Below are positions 12,518 to 24,334 of a stretch of 64,000 nucleotides of DNA, in pieces; the stretch's first letter is position 1; every line of letters begins with the position of its first letter. The DNA lies in assembly GCA_963782935.1 (NCBI GenBank), contig CAWALN010000022.1, positions 75,531 through 139,530 of the forward strand, in the 5' to 3' direction. The notes beneath the pieces were generated by a model, which was not told the DNA's origin, did not search any database, and saw only the letters and a list, made by a program, of their open reading frames with translations. The position numbers and the translations under genes were made by a program. Source of the stretch: an uncultured Chloroflexia bacterium (lineage in GTDB: Bacteria > Chloroflexota > Anaerolineae > Anaerolineales > Villigracilaceae).

Positions 12518-12775
12518 TTATTCCACTGCATCCTTTTTATCGGTAACGTTTTCCATATTTTCCCGGTCGATCCTGGACAGGTGGGCATCGATCATGCTGC
12601 GCCAGGCCAACAACATTTCCCGGCGGGCTTTGCGGCGGTGCTCCACGAACCCATGCGGGATCATTCCTTCCATGCTCTTGCGGAATTCTTCCCGGGCAGC
12701 GTGGAAATGCTGGCGAGTTTCTTCAGGAATTTTGCCTTCCATCGGGTGATGAGTATGTGAAGTTTTATTTTCCAT
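12518..12775 (-). CDS. small His-rich hypothetical protein
   Basis: Open frame starting MENKTSHTHHPMEG, preceded by GGAG. No family recognised. Confidence 0.35.
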   Translation of the reverse strand: MENKTSHTHHPMEGKIPEETRQHFHAAREEFRKSMEGMIPHGFVEHRRKARREMLLAWRSMIDAHLSRIDRENMENVTDKKDAVE

Positions 12776-12893
12776 ATTATCAACTCCTTGCGATAACAAA
12801 ATTATAGTCCATTGGGTTCCAGAGAACAATATTACTTCCAGGCTATCCTATAAAAGGTTAATAATGGTCTCATTATTCGAGTAAAATTATCCT

Positions 12894-13301
12894 ATGAACT
12901 ACCCTGATTTTGTTCGTATAACCGATCAAATCTGCAGGTGGATGGCTTCCAACAAATTCAAAGAAGCCGAAGACCAACTCTATACATTACTTTATAGTGA
13001 TGTTTCGGATGTCGATAAGGTTAAGCTTTGCATCCAAATGGCGATCATACGGGACCGGATCGGGAATTCGGATGAGGTGTTAGCCTGGTTCGATAAAGGG
13101 ATCGGGTACGAACAACCTTATTTCCGCTATGAGGCAACAGTTGAAAAGGCTCGCTACCTGGCCGACTTGGGCCAGTGCATGGAGGCCGTTCCGGTGTACG
13201 AAGAGTTGATCAAGCAACCTTATGTAAGCGAAGCCGAAAAAGAAAATTTCCGCAAGGAAATCAAAGTGCTTCTGAGCCGGGCCATAGGCCAATGGAAATG
13301 A
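12894..13301 (+). CDS. hypothetical helical (TPR-like) protein
   Basis: 135-aa open frame; the helical-repeat character is judged by eye only. Confidence 0.4.
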   Translation: MNYPDFVRITDQICRWMASNKFKEAEDQLYTLLYSDVSDVDKVKLCIQMAIIRDRIGNSDEVLAWFDKGIGYEQPYFRYEATVEKARYLADLGQCMEAVPVYEELIKQPYVSEAEKENFRKEIKVLLSRAIGQWK

Positions 13302-13370
13302 TTTTATAACATAGGCTCAAAATAAGAAAGGATGAAACGAGGCGGGTAAACAACCGCCTCGTGTTGTCGT

Positions 13371-14258
13371 ATGCGCGTAAAAGCCGATCTTTTATTACTA
13401 TTCGTTACTGTTATCTGGGGGAGCGCGTTTGCCGTAATGCGATTTGCGGCGGGACATGGCACCGTTTTCTATCTAAACGGAACCCGTTTCCTCCTGGGAG
13501 CCCTGGTGGTCCTTCCGTTTACCAGGTTGAAAGGTGCAATCACCCGGAAGAATTGGTTCTATATTGTCCTGGCGGGATTTGCACTCTATATCGGAGTGGC
13601 TTTTCAGCAAGCAGGATTGGCGACCACCTCGGCAGGCAACGGTGGGTTCATAACGAGCCTCTATATCGTGATCGTTCCTTTCATCCTGTGGGTCTTTTGG
13701 AAGGAGAAGCCGTCCTGGCTGACCGGTGTTGCCGTCGGGTTTGCCGTCCTAGGCGGCTATTTGCTCAGCACAGCCGGGAGCCTCAAGATCCATCCCGGAG
13801 ATCTTTTGATCTTCATCGGCTCCTTTTTCTGGGCCATGCACGTGGTGGTGGTGAGCCGGGTGCAAGGGAAAATGAAGGCGCTGCCATTCGCATTTGGTCA
13901 ATTTACCGTTTGCGGGTTGCTCAATCTGGCCACCGCACCATTCGTCGAACATACAAATGCGGGAACGATGCTATTACTCCTGCCAGCCATCCTCTATACC
14001 GGTATCTTTTCGGTCGGTTTGGCTTTCACCTTACAAGTAGTGGCACAAAAGCACACTCCTGCCAATGATGCCGCTTTGATCATGAGCCTGGAATCGGTTT
14101 TTGCGGTCGTATTCGGGTGGATATTCCTTCACGAGGCCTTGTTGCCCATCCAAATCGCCGGTTGCGCCCTCATCCTTTTGGCGGTGGTGGTGGTACAAAT
14201 CAGTTCGTATAGAATAATATTAATGAATCAACCTCCCGATTCTGCGATGGTAAAATGA
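13371..14258 (+). CDS. EamA/DMT family transporter
   Basis: About 10 TM helices. VIWGSAFAVMR and a duplicated EamA-type architecture. Confidence 0.75.
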   Translation: MRVKADLLLLFVTVIWGSAFAVMRFAAGHGTVFYLNGTRFLLGALVVLPFTRLKGAITRKNWFYIVLAGFALYIGVAFQQAGLATTSAGNGGFITSLYIVIVPFILWVFWKEKPSWLTGVAVGFAVLGGYLLSTAGSLKIHPGDLLIFIGSFFWAMHVVVVSRVQGKMKALPFAFGQFTVCGLLNLATAPFVEHTNAGTMLLLLPAILYTGIFSVGLAFTLQVVAQKHTPANDAALIMSLESVFAVVFGWIFLHEALLPIQIAGCALILLAVVVVQISSYRIILMNQPPDSAMVK

Positions 14259-14266
14259 GTGGAAAC

Positions 14267-15174
14267 CATGACTGCCAAAATCATCCTTAACCCCTATTCC
14301 AACCGGTGGAAGGCAAAAGCGCGCTGGCCTGAAGCCGAACAAGCCCTTAAAGGCTGCCAGCGTGGATTATGAGCTGGCCGTCTCGGACCATCCGCACCAT
14401 ACCATTGAACTGGCCGAGCAGGCAGCCCGGGCTGGATTTTCTCCCATAATCGCGGCGGGCGGGGATGGCACCATCGGAGAGGTGGTAAACGGATTGGCTC
14501 GGGCAGCCGCCTCGGACGAGGCTGTGCTTGGCCCAATGGGCATCCTGCCGTTGGGATCCGCCAATGACCTGGTGGATAACCTTGGGCTGCCGCGGGATTT
14601 GAACCAGGCTGCTCATGTTATTGCCCTGGGGAAGACCCGCCTGATGGATGTAGGCTACGTCAATGGATTTTACTTTGCCAATAACTCAGCCATTGGCCTG
14701 GAACCTTACATCACCCTGGCGCAGCAGCGGATCACCTGGATAAAAGGGATGATCCGCTACCTCGTTGCGGCGGTACGCGGCATTTGGGACAATCCCCAAT
14801 GGACGGCGCAGATCGATTGGGATGGTGGTCATTACGAAGGACCGGCGTTGTTGGTCTCGGTTGGGAATGGACCCCGGACAGGCGGCGTGTTCTTTATGGC
14901 GCCTCACGCGGACCCTTTTGATGGTAAGCTGACCTTTGTGCATGGGTACCGGCAGACCCGCGGGCAGATCTTCCGCTTGTTGCCACGGACGATGAAGCCA
15001 GGCGTGGGCAGTTTTGTCGAGATGGAAGGGATCCACGAGCAGTTGGCCACCTATGTGAAGATCCACATGAATAGGCCTGCACCCGCGCATGTAGACGGCG
15101 AGATCTTTTCGGAAGGTATCCAGGATTTGGAATATAAGATTTGCCCAAAAAGATTGCAGATATTATTGCCATGA
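14267..15174 (+). CDS. diacylglycerol-kinase-family lipid kinase (YegS-like; frame break near 14355)
   Basis: MTAKIILNPYSNRWKAK.. then AAGGDGTIGEVVNGL and GSANDL motifs. Confidence 0.75.
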
Positions 15175-15227
15175 TTTGATTAATACTTTTGTCATTAATA
15201 TTTACCTTTTCCTTGATTATTAACAAT

Positions 15228-15262
15228 AAATACGAGCTGGAAAACACCGCTCGTATTTTATT
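15228..15262 (+). terminator. rho-independent terminator
   Basis: ATACGAGC-loop-GCTCGTAT followed by TTTATT. Confidence 0.5.
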
Positions 15263-15393
15263 AAATTTTTCAGGGGTAAATAGCGAACTTTGGCCCTACT
15301 AAGTGATTAAGATTTCTGGACTACACGGGCAATTACTTTACCAACGCCAGCATCGAATGACTGACTGTCAAGAATTCCCCAAACGAAAAAAGA

Positions 15394-15726
15394 TTATCGA
15401 CCCGTAGCCCTGTTCCGCAAGATCATCCACGCCATCTGGAGGATCAAGGTGATAACAATGGTGAGGACCAGGTTGAAAAGTAGTTGACCCGGCACGAGGA
15501 GCAGGCTAATCCCAAAGACAAAAATAAAAGTGGCCGCCGTGGCAGGACCAAATACTGCCCGGGGAACGATCCGTGCCCTAATCGCTCGGAGGATAAGAAA
15601 AGTCAGATAGCCTCCGCCTGCAAGAATAAGACCAAAGGGAAGGAAGGGAGCCGGCAGGAGAATGGATATCGCCAGGGTGATTAGCAGCAGAATATCTGCC
15701 AGATTAATAGATTTGGGCGTATCCAA
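15394..15726 (-). CDS. small membrane protein
   Basis: 110 aa with 3-4 hydrophobic helices. Confidence 0.4.
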   Translation of the reverse strand: MDTPKSINLADILLLITLAISILLPAPFLPFGLILAGGGYLTFLILRAIRARIVPRAVFGPATAATFIFVFGISLLLVPGQLLFNLVLTIVITLILQMAWMILRNRATGR

Positions 15727-15728
15727 GT

Positions 15729-16514
15729 TCAGGCTTTCTCCGCAGGGATATTCTTCAGGATCGTGTTCTGAATGAATTCATCGAGGATTTCGCTAGAAAA
15801 ATGCGGACCGGTTTCGGTCAATTCCAGTTGGCAATTAGGCAATAGTTCCGAGGTCCTTATAGCCGATTCATATGGCACTGAATCGTCTGTCTTACTATGG
15901 CGCATGAAGGTTTTCTCACGAACATCCGCCAGCGAAAATTCCCAATCGATAAATCTCAAGCGCAGATCCTGAGCCACACCGAAGCAATCATTCATCATGG
16001 AATCCCGAATGTCGTCTTTCTTCAGGTCGTCTTCCTTCACCCATGAGAAGAATAATTCTTTCGCCAGGGGTTCCAGTTCGGCTACACTCTTCTCCCGGAT
16101 CGGTGGAAAGGGCCATCGAGAAAGCACTTTTTCATCATATAAGGCCGGCATACCGCTGAGGATATAGATATTTCCCACTTTATCCGGGAATCGAGCCCCC
16201 AGGGCATAGCTATAGGGTGCGCCGGAAGACATCCCCAATACATCGAATTGAGCCAATCCCAATTCTTCGATCAACACTAAAATCCAATCCGCGTACGCAG
16301 CAAATGAATCCAAAATAATAGGAGAAGACTCGCCGTATCCGGGACGGGCGATACTAATAGGCCTTGTCTTATGATCAACTAAACGATCAAAGAGGCCTGT
16401 ATCCTCAATACTGGCGATCAACCCATGTTGGACCAGGATCGGATAGCCGGCCTTGTCTCCTAAATCGGTATAAGAAAGGATCGTTCCATTTTTACCGAAT
16501 AATCTCTGTTTCAT
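15729..16514 (-). CDS. alpha/beta hydrolase
   Basis: ARPGYGES and GMSSG nucleophile-elbow motifs. Confidence 0.7.
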   Translation of the reverse strand: MKQRLFGKNGTILSYTDLGDKAGYPILVQHGLIASIEDTGLFDRLVDHKTRPISIARPGYGESSPIILDSFAAYADWILVLIEELGLAQFDVLGMSSGAPYSYALGARFPDKVGNIYILSGMPALYDEKVLSRWPFPPIREKSVAELEPLAKELFFSWVKEDDLKKDDIRDSMMNDCFGVAQDLRLRFIDWEFSLADVREKTFMRHSKTDDSVPYESAIRTSELLPNCQLELTETGPHFSSEILDEFIQNTILKNIPAEKA

Positions 16515-16619
16515 GAGTAAGAACCCTCTGGCAGACCGGAAATCAAAAGGCTGTCTTCAACCATTGGGGCAGCCTTTTTTTGAATATGGCCTACAGGATA
16601 ATACCACTTTATTAATTGA

Positions 16620-17195
16620 TTATTTAGTCGTCAAACCAAAACCGAATGAAAATAGCGGACCGTTCTCTCCAGCAGGTAGGTTGGCAAAGTCGAAAGGTAA
16701 TTGAGAGTTGGAACGCGGCCAAGTGAAGGGTAATTTGCCAGTGAATGGCCGGATGCCAAAGAGAACATCCGCAATCCCTTCTGCCTCGGTGCCGGGCAAC
16801 CAGGCGGCGACGAAGGCATCCCAACCGGGCAGTTGATCGGTGATGACCATCGGCCGGCCCGAAATCAACAGAACGATCAGTTTTTCGCAGCGCGGCCTCA
16901 GGCTGGAGGTTAATTGAATATCGCCCGGGGTCAGGGAGAGATCGGCTTTATCTCCCACTCCCTCGGCATATGGCAGTTCACCAACGGCGACGATGCAGGC
17001 ATCGGCTTTGTCGTTCCCTGCAAAATTCCCTCCGGCGTCGTATTGGACAACCGTGGTCTTGCTGACTGTATCCTGGATGCCCTGTAATAGGGTGGTGCCG
17101 GGAGTAATATCACCGGCGCTGCCCTGCCAGGTGATCGTCCAGCCTCCGGATTGGATTCCAATGTCATTGGCGGCGGTACCGGCTACGAAAATCAA
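16620..17195 (-). pseudogene. GH3 beta-glucosidase, C-terminal domain only (5'-truncated)
   Basis: KLIFVAGTAANDIGIQSGGWTITWQG..LLISGRP..AWLPG matches only the GH3 C-terminal domain. An in-frame stop lies immediately upstream and there is no catalytic N-domain. Confidence 0.65.
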
Positions 17196-17250
17196 TTTGC
17201 TTGTTCAACTCAAGGGAAGGGCGTTGTTGTCATTATGTGGCTTGAAATTT

Positions 17251-17271
17251 GGAGTGCAGGCTTTAGCCTGG
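17251..17271 (+). repeat. GGAGTGCAGGCTTYAGCCTG hairpin repeat, copy 1
   Basis: ggagtgCAGGCTttAGCCTGg. The same word occurs at 42134-42156 (reverse), 52387-52407 and 54792-54812. Confidence 0.7.
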
Positions 17272-17281
17272 TAGTCCCAAG

Positions 17282-17338
17282 AGACGCGGAGGGGCTCGAA
17301 CCCCCGACCTTAATATCCCCTATCGGGGACATCAATGT
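17282..17338 (-). pseudogene. tRNA 3'-half fragment
   Basis: 26 nt (17285-17310) are identical to the T-arm/acceptor part of the adjacent tRNA-Val, and CATCAATGT is also shared. It is interrupted by a 19-nt insert and has no matching 5' acceptor strand. Confidence 0.6.
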
Positions 17339-17377
17339 AAATCAAAAACCCTGAGCGATATTCCGCACAGAGTTTTT

Positions 17378-17454
17378 TGGTGGGCGCGGAGGGGCTCGAA
17401 CCCCCGACCTCATCAATGTGAGTGATGCGCTCTAACCGGCTGAGCTACGCGCCC
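17378..17454 (-). tRNA. tRNA-Val (anticodon CAC), CCA encoded
   Basis: Hand-folded cloverleaf: GGGCGCG/CGCGCCC acceptor, GCTC/GAGC D-stem, CATCA-CTCACAT-TGATG anticodon arm, GGGGG-TTCGAGC-CCCTC T-arm, then ACCA. Confidence 0.92.
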
Positions 17455-17584
17455 GAACGGCGGAATTATAGCCGAGGGGTACTGCTTTGGCAAGGTTACT
17501 ACAAAAAGGACGCTTTTTGTCACTTTTCGACCATGCCTGCATCTGATAAAATGGTTAAAGACATTAATATAGTGAGGTTAATAG

Positions 17585-18552
<968 letters not shown>

Positions 18553-18571
18553 ACTAGAGGATGGAGAAATT

Positions 18572-19512
18572 ATGACTTCAAAGATTTCGATCGTTGGTGC
18601 AGGGATGACCGGTTCGACCACAGCCCATTGGCTGGCGGAACGTGAGATCGCCGACCTGGTGCTGGTGGATATCGTCGAAGGGATGCCCCAGGGCAAAGCC
18701 TTGGACCTTCAAGAGGCCTTGCCGGTGGTGGGAAAGGATGTCTCCGTAGTTGGCAGTAACGATTATGCCGCCACCAAGGGATCTGACATCGTCATCATCA
18801 CTGCCGGAGTGGCCCGCAAGCCCGGGATGAGCCGGGAGGATCTGCTGACCATCAATGCCAAAATTGTCAGCGATGCCACCAACAATTCCTTGAAATATTC
18901 GCCCGATGCCCTTTTCATCGTGTTGACAAATCCCTTGGACACCATGGCTTACCTGGCCATGCGCACCGGCAAACTGCCCCGCGAGCGAATCGTCGGGCAG
19001 GCCGGCATACTCAATTCCGCCCGCATGCGCGCCTTCGTCGCCATGGAAAGTGGAGTCAGTGTCGAGAATATCAATTGCTACGTCCTGGGCGGTCACGGGG
19101 ACGAGATGGTGCCGTTGACCCGTCATTCGAATGTGGCCGGTATTCCGTTGCGGGATTTCCTTCCGGCTGACAAGCTGGAAGCGATCGTCACCCGCACCCG
19201 CAAGGGCGGCGCCGAGATCATTAATTTCCTGAAGACGGGTTCCGCCTATTATGCGCCGGCTGTTGCCGTCACCCAGATGGCCGAAGCTATTTTGAAGGAC
19301 AAGCACCTGATCATCCCGGCTTCAGCGTACATGGATGGGGAATATCGGCTTGAAGGATATGTTCTTCGGCGCGCCGGTCCAGCTGGGCCGGAACGGCCTG
19401 GAAAAGATCTATGAATATGAATTGGATGCGGCTGAAAAGAGCGCCCTGGAAAAATCAGCTGCTGCCGTGAGAGACAGCATCGGCGTGATGAAGAACTTAT
19501 TGAAGATTTGAT
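18572..19512 (+). CDS. mdh: malate dehydrogenase, LDH-like (frame break near 19355)
   Basis: KISIVGAGMTGSTTA, ITAGVARKPGMSR, LGGHGD. The C-terminus ..FFGAPVQLGRNGLEKIYE.. is in a shifted frame. Confidence 0.85.
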
Positions 19513-19565
19513 ACATTCAAAGCGCAGTCGACCGCGCATCATAAATACTTGTGTGGAGGCTTCCT

Positions 19566-20885
19566 ATGATTTTGAAGGAAAAGATTGCTGCACAGTTACC
19601 CGCCTGGCGTGAACGTGTAAAAACTCTCGTCAAGGAGCACGGGGATCAGGTCATCGATCAGGTGACCATCGGCCAGGTGTACGGGGGCATGCGGGATATC
19701 AAGAGCATGGTGACCGATATCTCGTTCGTCAACCCGGCCAGCGGGATCAGCTTTCGGGGTATGTCCATCCCTGAAGTTTTGGCCAAGCTCCCCAAACCCC
19801 GTGGCGCCAAGATACCTTACGTGGGCGGGCTTTATTACCTCCTGATGACAGGTGAAGTGCCGACCCGTAAGGAAGCCGAGGAAGTGGAACACGATTGGGC
19901 CAACCGGGCGGTGGTGCCGGATTATGTGTTCAAGATGATCCGGGCGATGCCAAAGGAAACCCATCCAATGGTGCTGTTTTCCCAGGCAGTCCTGGCCCTC
20001 GAGAACGAATCGAAATTTGCCAAGGCCTATCATTCCATCAAAAAGGATGCCTACTGGGAGTCGACCCTGGAAGACTCCATGGACCTGACCGCCAAACTGC
20101 CAGTCATCGCAGCCTTTATTTATCGCCTCAAATATTTCCACGAGACCAAAAAACCGCGTTACAACACCCGCCAGGATTATGGGATGAATTTTGCCCGTAT
20201 GATGGGCGTGAAGGACCGCAAAGGCTATGCCGAGCTGGCTCGCCTTTATTTCATTCTCCATTCCGACCATGAGTCCGGTAACGTGTCCGCCCATACCACC
20301 CATCTGGTCGGCTCTGCCCTTTCGGATGTGTATTACGCTTTCTCGGCCGGGTTGAACGGTTTGGCCGGACCCTTGCACGGGTTGGCCAACCAGGAATGCC
20401 TCGGCTGGCTGATCGAAGTCCGGGATAAATTTGGCGGCGTGCCGAGCCGGGACGAGTTACGCCAGTTTACCTGGGATACCCTCAACAGCGGCAAGGTCAT
20501 CCCCGGATACGGGCATGCGGTCTTGCGCGTAACCGATCCTCGTTATATGGCTCAGATGGAATTTGCCAAAGAGCGATTCCCGAACGATCCGTTGCTTCGC
20601 CTGGCAGCCCTGGTCTATGACGTGGTTCCGGAAGTGCTGAAGGAACAGGGTAAAGCCAAGAATCCGGCCCCCAATGTGGATGCCATCTCCGGCACGCTCC
20701 AATATTATTATGGGGTGCGCGAGTTTGATTTCTATACCGTCCTGTTCGGCGTAGGCCGGGCCCTGGGAGTGACCGCCAATATCGTTTGGGCACGGGCCCT
20801 CGGCCAGCCCATCGAGCGGCCCAAATCCCTCTCCACCGCCATGCTCGAAGAGGCGGTCAAAACCCCAGTGAGCAATCCGCAGTAA
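19566..20885 (+). CDS. gltA: citrate synthase
   Basis: GMRDIK, HSDHESGNVSAHT, GYGHAVLR signatures. Confidence 0.85.
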   Translation: MILKEKIAAQLPAWRERVKTLVKEHGDQVIDQVTIGQVYGGMRDIKSMVTDISFVNPASGISFRGMSIPEVLAKLPKPRGAKIPYVGGLYYLLMTGEVPTRKEAEEVEHDWANRAVVPDYVFKMIRAMPKETHPMVLFSQAVLALENESKFAKAYHSIKKDAYWESTLEDSMDLTAKLPVIAAFIYRLKYFHETKKPRYNTRQDYGMNFARMMGVKDRKGYAELARLYFILHSDHESGNVSAHTTHLVGSALSDVYYAFSAGLNGLAGPLHGLANQECLGWLIEVRDKFGGVPSRDELRQFTWDTLNSGKVIPGYGHAVLRVTDPRYMAQMEFAKERFPNDPLLRLAALVYDVVPEVLKEQGKAKNPAPNVDAISGTLQYYYGVREFDFYTVLFGVGRALGVTANIVWARALGQPIERPKSLSTAMLEEAVKTPVSNPQ

Positions 20886-20886
20886 T

Positions 20887-20940
20887 CAGTAAACAGTGAG
20901 CAGTAAACAGGACACAGTAAACAGTAAACAGTGACCAGTA
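20887..20940 (+). repeat. degenerate tandem CAGTAAACAG word repeat
   Basis: cagtaaacagtgag cagtaaacaggaca cagtaaacagtaaacagtgac cagtaag. A reverse copy is at 42170-42192. Confidence 0.6.
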
Positions 20941-20942
20941 AG

Positions 20943-20979
20943 AAAAAAGGATTTCCGATGCAATCGGAAATCCTTTTTT
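20943..20979 (+). terminator. rho-independent terminator of gltA
   Basis: AAAAAAGGATTTCCGAT-gca-ATCGGAAATCCTTTTTT. Confidence 0.75.
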
Positions 20980-21048
20980 CGTAGTCTCGAATATCAATCC
21001 TCGAATAATCGACTAGCGTATATCGCTTCTCAAATCTCGATTTTCGAA

Positions 21049-21843
21049 TTATCGTTTCTCCGCTTTGGTGGCAATATAGACCGGATGATACTTACTGATG
21101 GGCGAATCCGGGCAAATATCTTCATAAAATCCGGTAATGGCAAAGCCGGCTTCGATCTGTCCGCCGATCTGATCGGTCAGGCTGTGGCCATATTCAAGCG
21201 GAGAACCTTCCTCGATGGCCGCATCCAGGTCTTCCGGATCGAGATCTTCCAGGTCGCAATATGGGATGGAATATTTCAGTTGCAAGTTTCCTGCTCATCG
21301 ATATGGGTCCCAAAGAGGAAATAAATCGAGTTGCCGAAGCCTGCCAACAGCAATCCGCCCGGGCGAAGGACCCGGATAAGCTTCCCGCCAGACGGGGCGG
21401 ATCTCGGGACAAAACACATTCGATACCGGGTGGAAGACCAGATCGAAGGATGCCTCTCTGAAGGCAGACAGATCCCGCATATCTCCTTCGACGGTGCGGA
21501 GGGCAGGCCTTCCCGTTTGAGCCACCAGGGTGATCCTGTTCGAGTTGAGCCGGGGAATTATCAAAGATGGTCACATTGGCCCCAGCGCCGCGAAGACGGG
21601 TCCTTGCTGGCCGCCTCCGCAGGCCAGGCCCAATAAGTCCAATCCTTTGAAAGGCGGGAACCAATCCTGCGGGACGGGTTTCGTCTCGGTGAGCAGGACG
21701 GAAAATTCGCCTTTTCGGGCGGCTTCGATGGTTTCGTGGTTGACTGGGACCGTGAATTTATTCTTCAGGTCCACTTGCCGGTCCCAGGCATAACGGTTGT
21801 AATCCCGGATATTGAAACCCGGTCTGAGGTTTGGCATGGTCAA
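21049..21843 (-). CDS. class I SAM-dependent methyltransferase (at least 3 frame breaks)
   Basis: [37 protein letters not shown].., LRPGG motifs spread over ORFs 21571-21843, 21194-21664, 21295-21564 and 21049-21285. Confidence 0.6.
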
Positions 21844-21923
21844 CTCCTGTGGAAATTATACACTTATGCACCTTATAAAAATCCCCGCCAATTGCAGCGG
21901 GGATTTTGAATGCAAGGAATTGC

Positions 21924-23090
21924 CTATTTGGTCGGTGTGGGAGCCGCTCCGGCTCCGCTCCAGCTATAATCCCGCCAGACGCTGGCTGTTCCGGCAGGGG
22001 ACCAGATGGGGTTGCCCTGGTCGTCGGATCCGGTTTGCCGGACGGTGGTGACCCACCAGCGAATGGTGTGGGCGCCGTTGTCTTGCGGTCTGAAGGAGAC
22101 CGGAACGATATATTTCGTGTCGCTCACGTATTCAATCACCTTGCGCTGTGAGCCGGTGGTGACGTTCAGGTCGGTCACGTCCAGAACGGTAACCTGGTAG
22201 CGCTCGTTATCCCGCAGGGTTCCGATGGAGGCCCATTGGAGGACTACCAAATCATTCGATGAAGTAAATTGAGCTCCATCGGCCGGGAGAAGCAAGGTTC
22301 GGCGCCGGATATGGAGGCGGGATGGTCGGGGTGGGGGTGGGGCCGGCCGTAGGAGCCCGCTGGCACAAGGGGATTTTCACCACCGTATCCAGGATAGACA
22401 TTGTCGGTGCTCAATCCGTTCCAATCTTTGATGGCTTGCATCGAAACGTTGTAATTCTTGGCGATCGTGCTGAGCGAATTCGCCGGATTGGACAGTATAT
22501 TCCACCACCTCACAGGCGGCCCGGGTGGCTGCACCTGATGCCAGGGTTGCCGTGGCAGGTGGAGGCGGCGTGGCAGTTGGTTTTGGAACCTTGAGGGGTT
22601 GGCCGACTTGCAGGTTGGTACAACCACATTGAGATGGTTTAACGCGATAATAGCCTGGACAGTGGAATTAAGGAGCAACGCGATGGATCCGCATGTGTCA
22701 CCCGACTGAACTGTGTAATCCTGCGGAGGTTCAGGGGTGACCGTGGAAGTCTCCGTGGGAATTAAAGTTTCAGTCGGAGTCAGCGTCAGCGTAGGAGTGG
22801 TGGTGATCGTGAGGGTGATGGTCGGATCTATTAGTTTCCCGGTCAGTTTTCAGGGAGAAATATACACCGCCGGCTCCCACAACCAGGAATGCGGCCAGCA
22901 ATCCCAGGGCTACCGGCAGGCTGAAGGTGACCGAAGGCATTCGAGCCGGTTGGACCGCTTTCTCTATTTTTCTTTTTTGCTTGGGAGTTGCGCTGAATTC
23001 ACTTCCGCAGACCACGCAACGGGTGGCGCTTTCTGCCAGACGTGTGCCGCACACCGGGCACAGCTTGGTTTGAGTTGTCTCAGGGCTCAT
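21924..23090 (-). CDS. zinc-ribbon / TM / 2x LysM domain protein (several frame breaks)
   Basis: CPVCGTRL..CVVCG zinc ribbon, a TM helix, a T/P-rich linker, YTVQSGDTCGSIA and LSTIAKNYNVSMQAIKDWNGL LysM motifs, and a C-terminal domain in ORF 21924-22295. Confidence 0.6.
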
Positions 23091-23360
23091 AATTCCGGGA
23101 TTATACCATGTGAAATCTCTCCCGAACCCTGCTTCTGACCAGTGCTGATGAACACGTGTTCTGTTAAAAAAAAGTATATGTTTACATAATTCTTCGCCAG
23201 CCTCATTTACGGAGATAGCAACGTACCCCCAAAGCGGAGTGAGGGGTAACACTATGCCCCTTAAAAATTATCAACTCTCGAATATTGAATACCGACTCTT
23301 ACCCTTTGACCTTCGACTTATAACGCCTGACCCCTCAACCCGCGTTATAATGGCCCAGTC

Positions 23361-24315
23361 ATGATTGACAACCTCTCCATCTATCGCACCCTCCTTCTCA
23401 TCCGTCGATTTGAAGAACGCTTATTGGTCGAATTCAGCCAGGGAAAACTGGTTGGGACCACTCACGTCTATATCGGCGAAGAAGCTGATGCTGCCGGTAT
23501 TTTTTCCGTCACGGATCCAAATGACGTGGTTTTCAGCAACCATCGCTGCCATGGCCATTTCCTTGCCTATGGAACCTCCCAACCGGAGGGTCCTGACACT
23601 TATCGCCTGGCGGCCGAACTGATGGGAAAATCCACCGGCCTGGTGGCCGGGCGAGGCGGCAGCCAGCATATCCACTGGAAGAATTTTTACTCCAATGGCA
23701 TTCAGGGTGGCGATTGTGCCGGTCGCAACAGGTATGGCATTGGCAGAAAAAGTCAAGCAGACTGGCAACATCGCATTGGTCTTTCTGGGCGACGGGACAT
23801 TGGGGGAAGGCGCCGTTTATGAAAGCTTGAATATGGCCTCCTTATGGAAGGTGCCCATTTTGTTCGTGGTGGAAAACAATCGCTATGCCCAGACGACTCC
23901 CATTGAGATGGGTGTGGCGGGTTCGATCGCCGAAAGGTTCACTGCCTTCGGCATCCCAACCTGGGAACGGGAGACTTTCGACGTTTTGGAGATCCAATCC
24001 GCTGCCCGTTCTGCCATTCAGCACGTCCGGAAGAATATTGGACCGGCTGCCCTGATCTTGCATACCCAGCGTTTCATGGCTCATTCTAAAGGCGACGACC
24101 CGCGCTCCGCCGAGGAATTAGCCCGCATCCGCCTGGTGGATCCATTGGAAATCCAGGCCGCCCGGTTGACGGCATCTGAATGCGAACAGGCCGACCTTGA
24201 AATCGCCGGGGCCATCCAGGCGGCTTTCGAGCAGGCCGGGAGCGATCCTTTCCCGGAGTTGGACGTTCCCCTATCCGGAAGAAAAACAAGCCCGCTTTCC
24301 TCATTTCAGCCTTAA
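23361..24315 (+). CDS. TPP-dependent 2-oxoacid/acetoin dehydrogenase E1 alpha subunit (frame break near 23705)
   Basis: YIGEEA, GSQH, GIQGG.., FLGDGTLGEGAVYESLN, VVENNRYAQTT (TPP-binding GDG..NN motif). Confidence 0.8.
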
Positions 24316-24334
24316 AGTTAAACTATAACGAGCC

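Noticed and set aside
20887-20940. Possible CRISPR array or minisatellite after gltA.
   Set aside because: The units are only about 10-14 nt, degenerate and contiguous, with no spacers. No cas genes are in the window.
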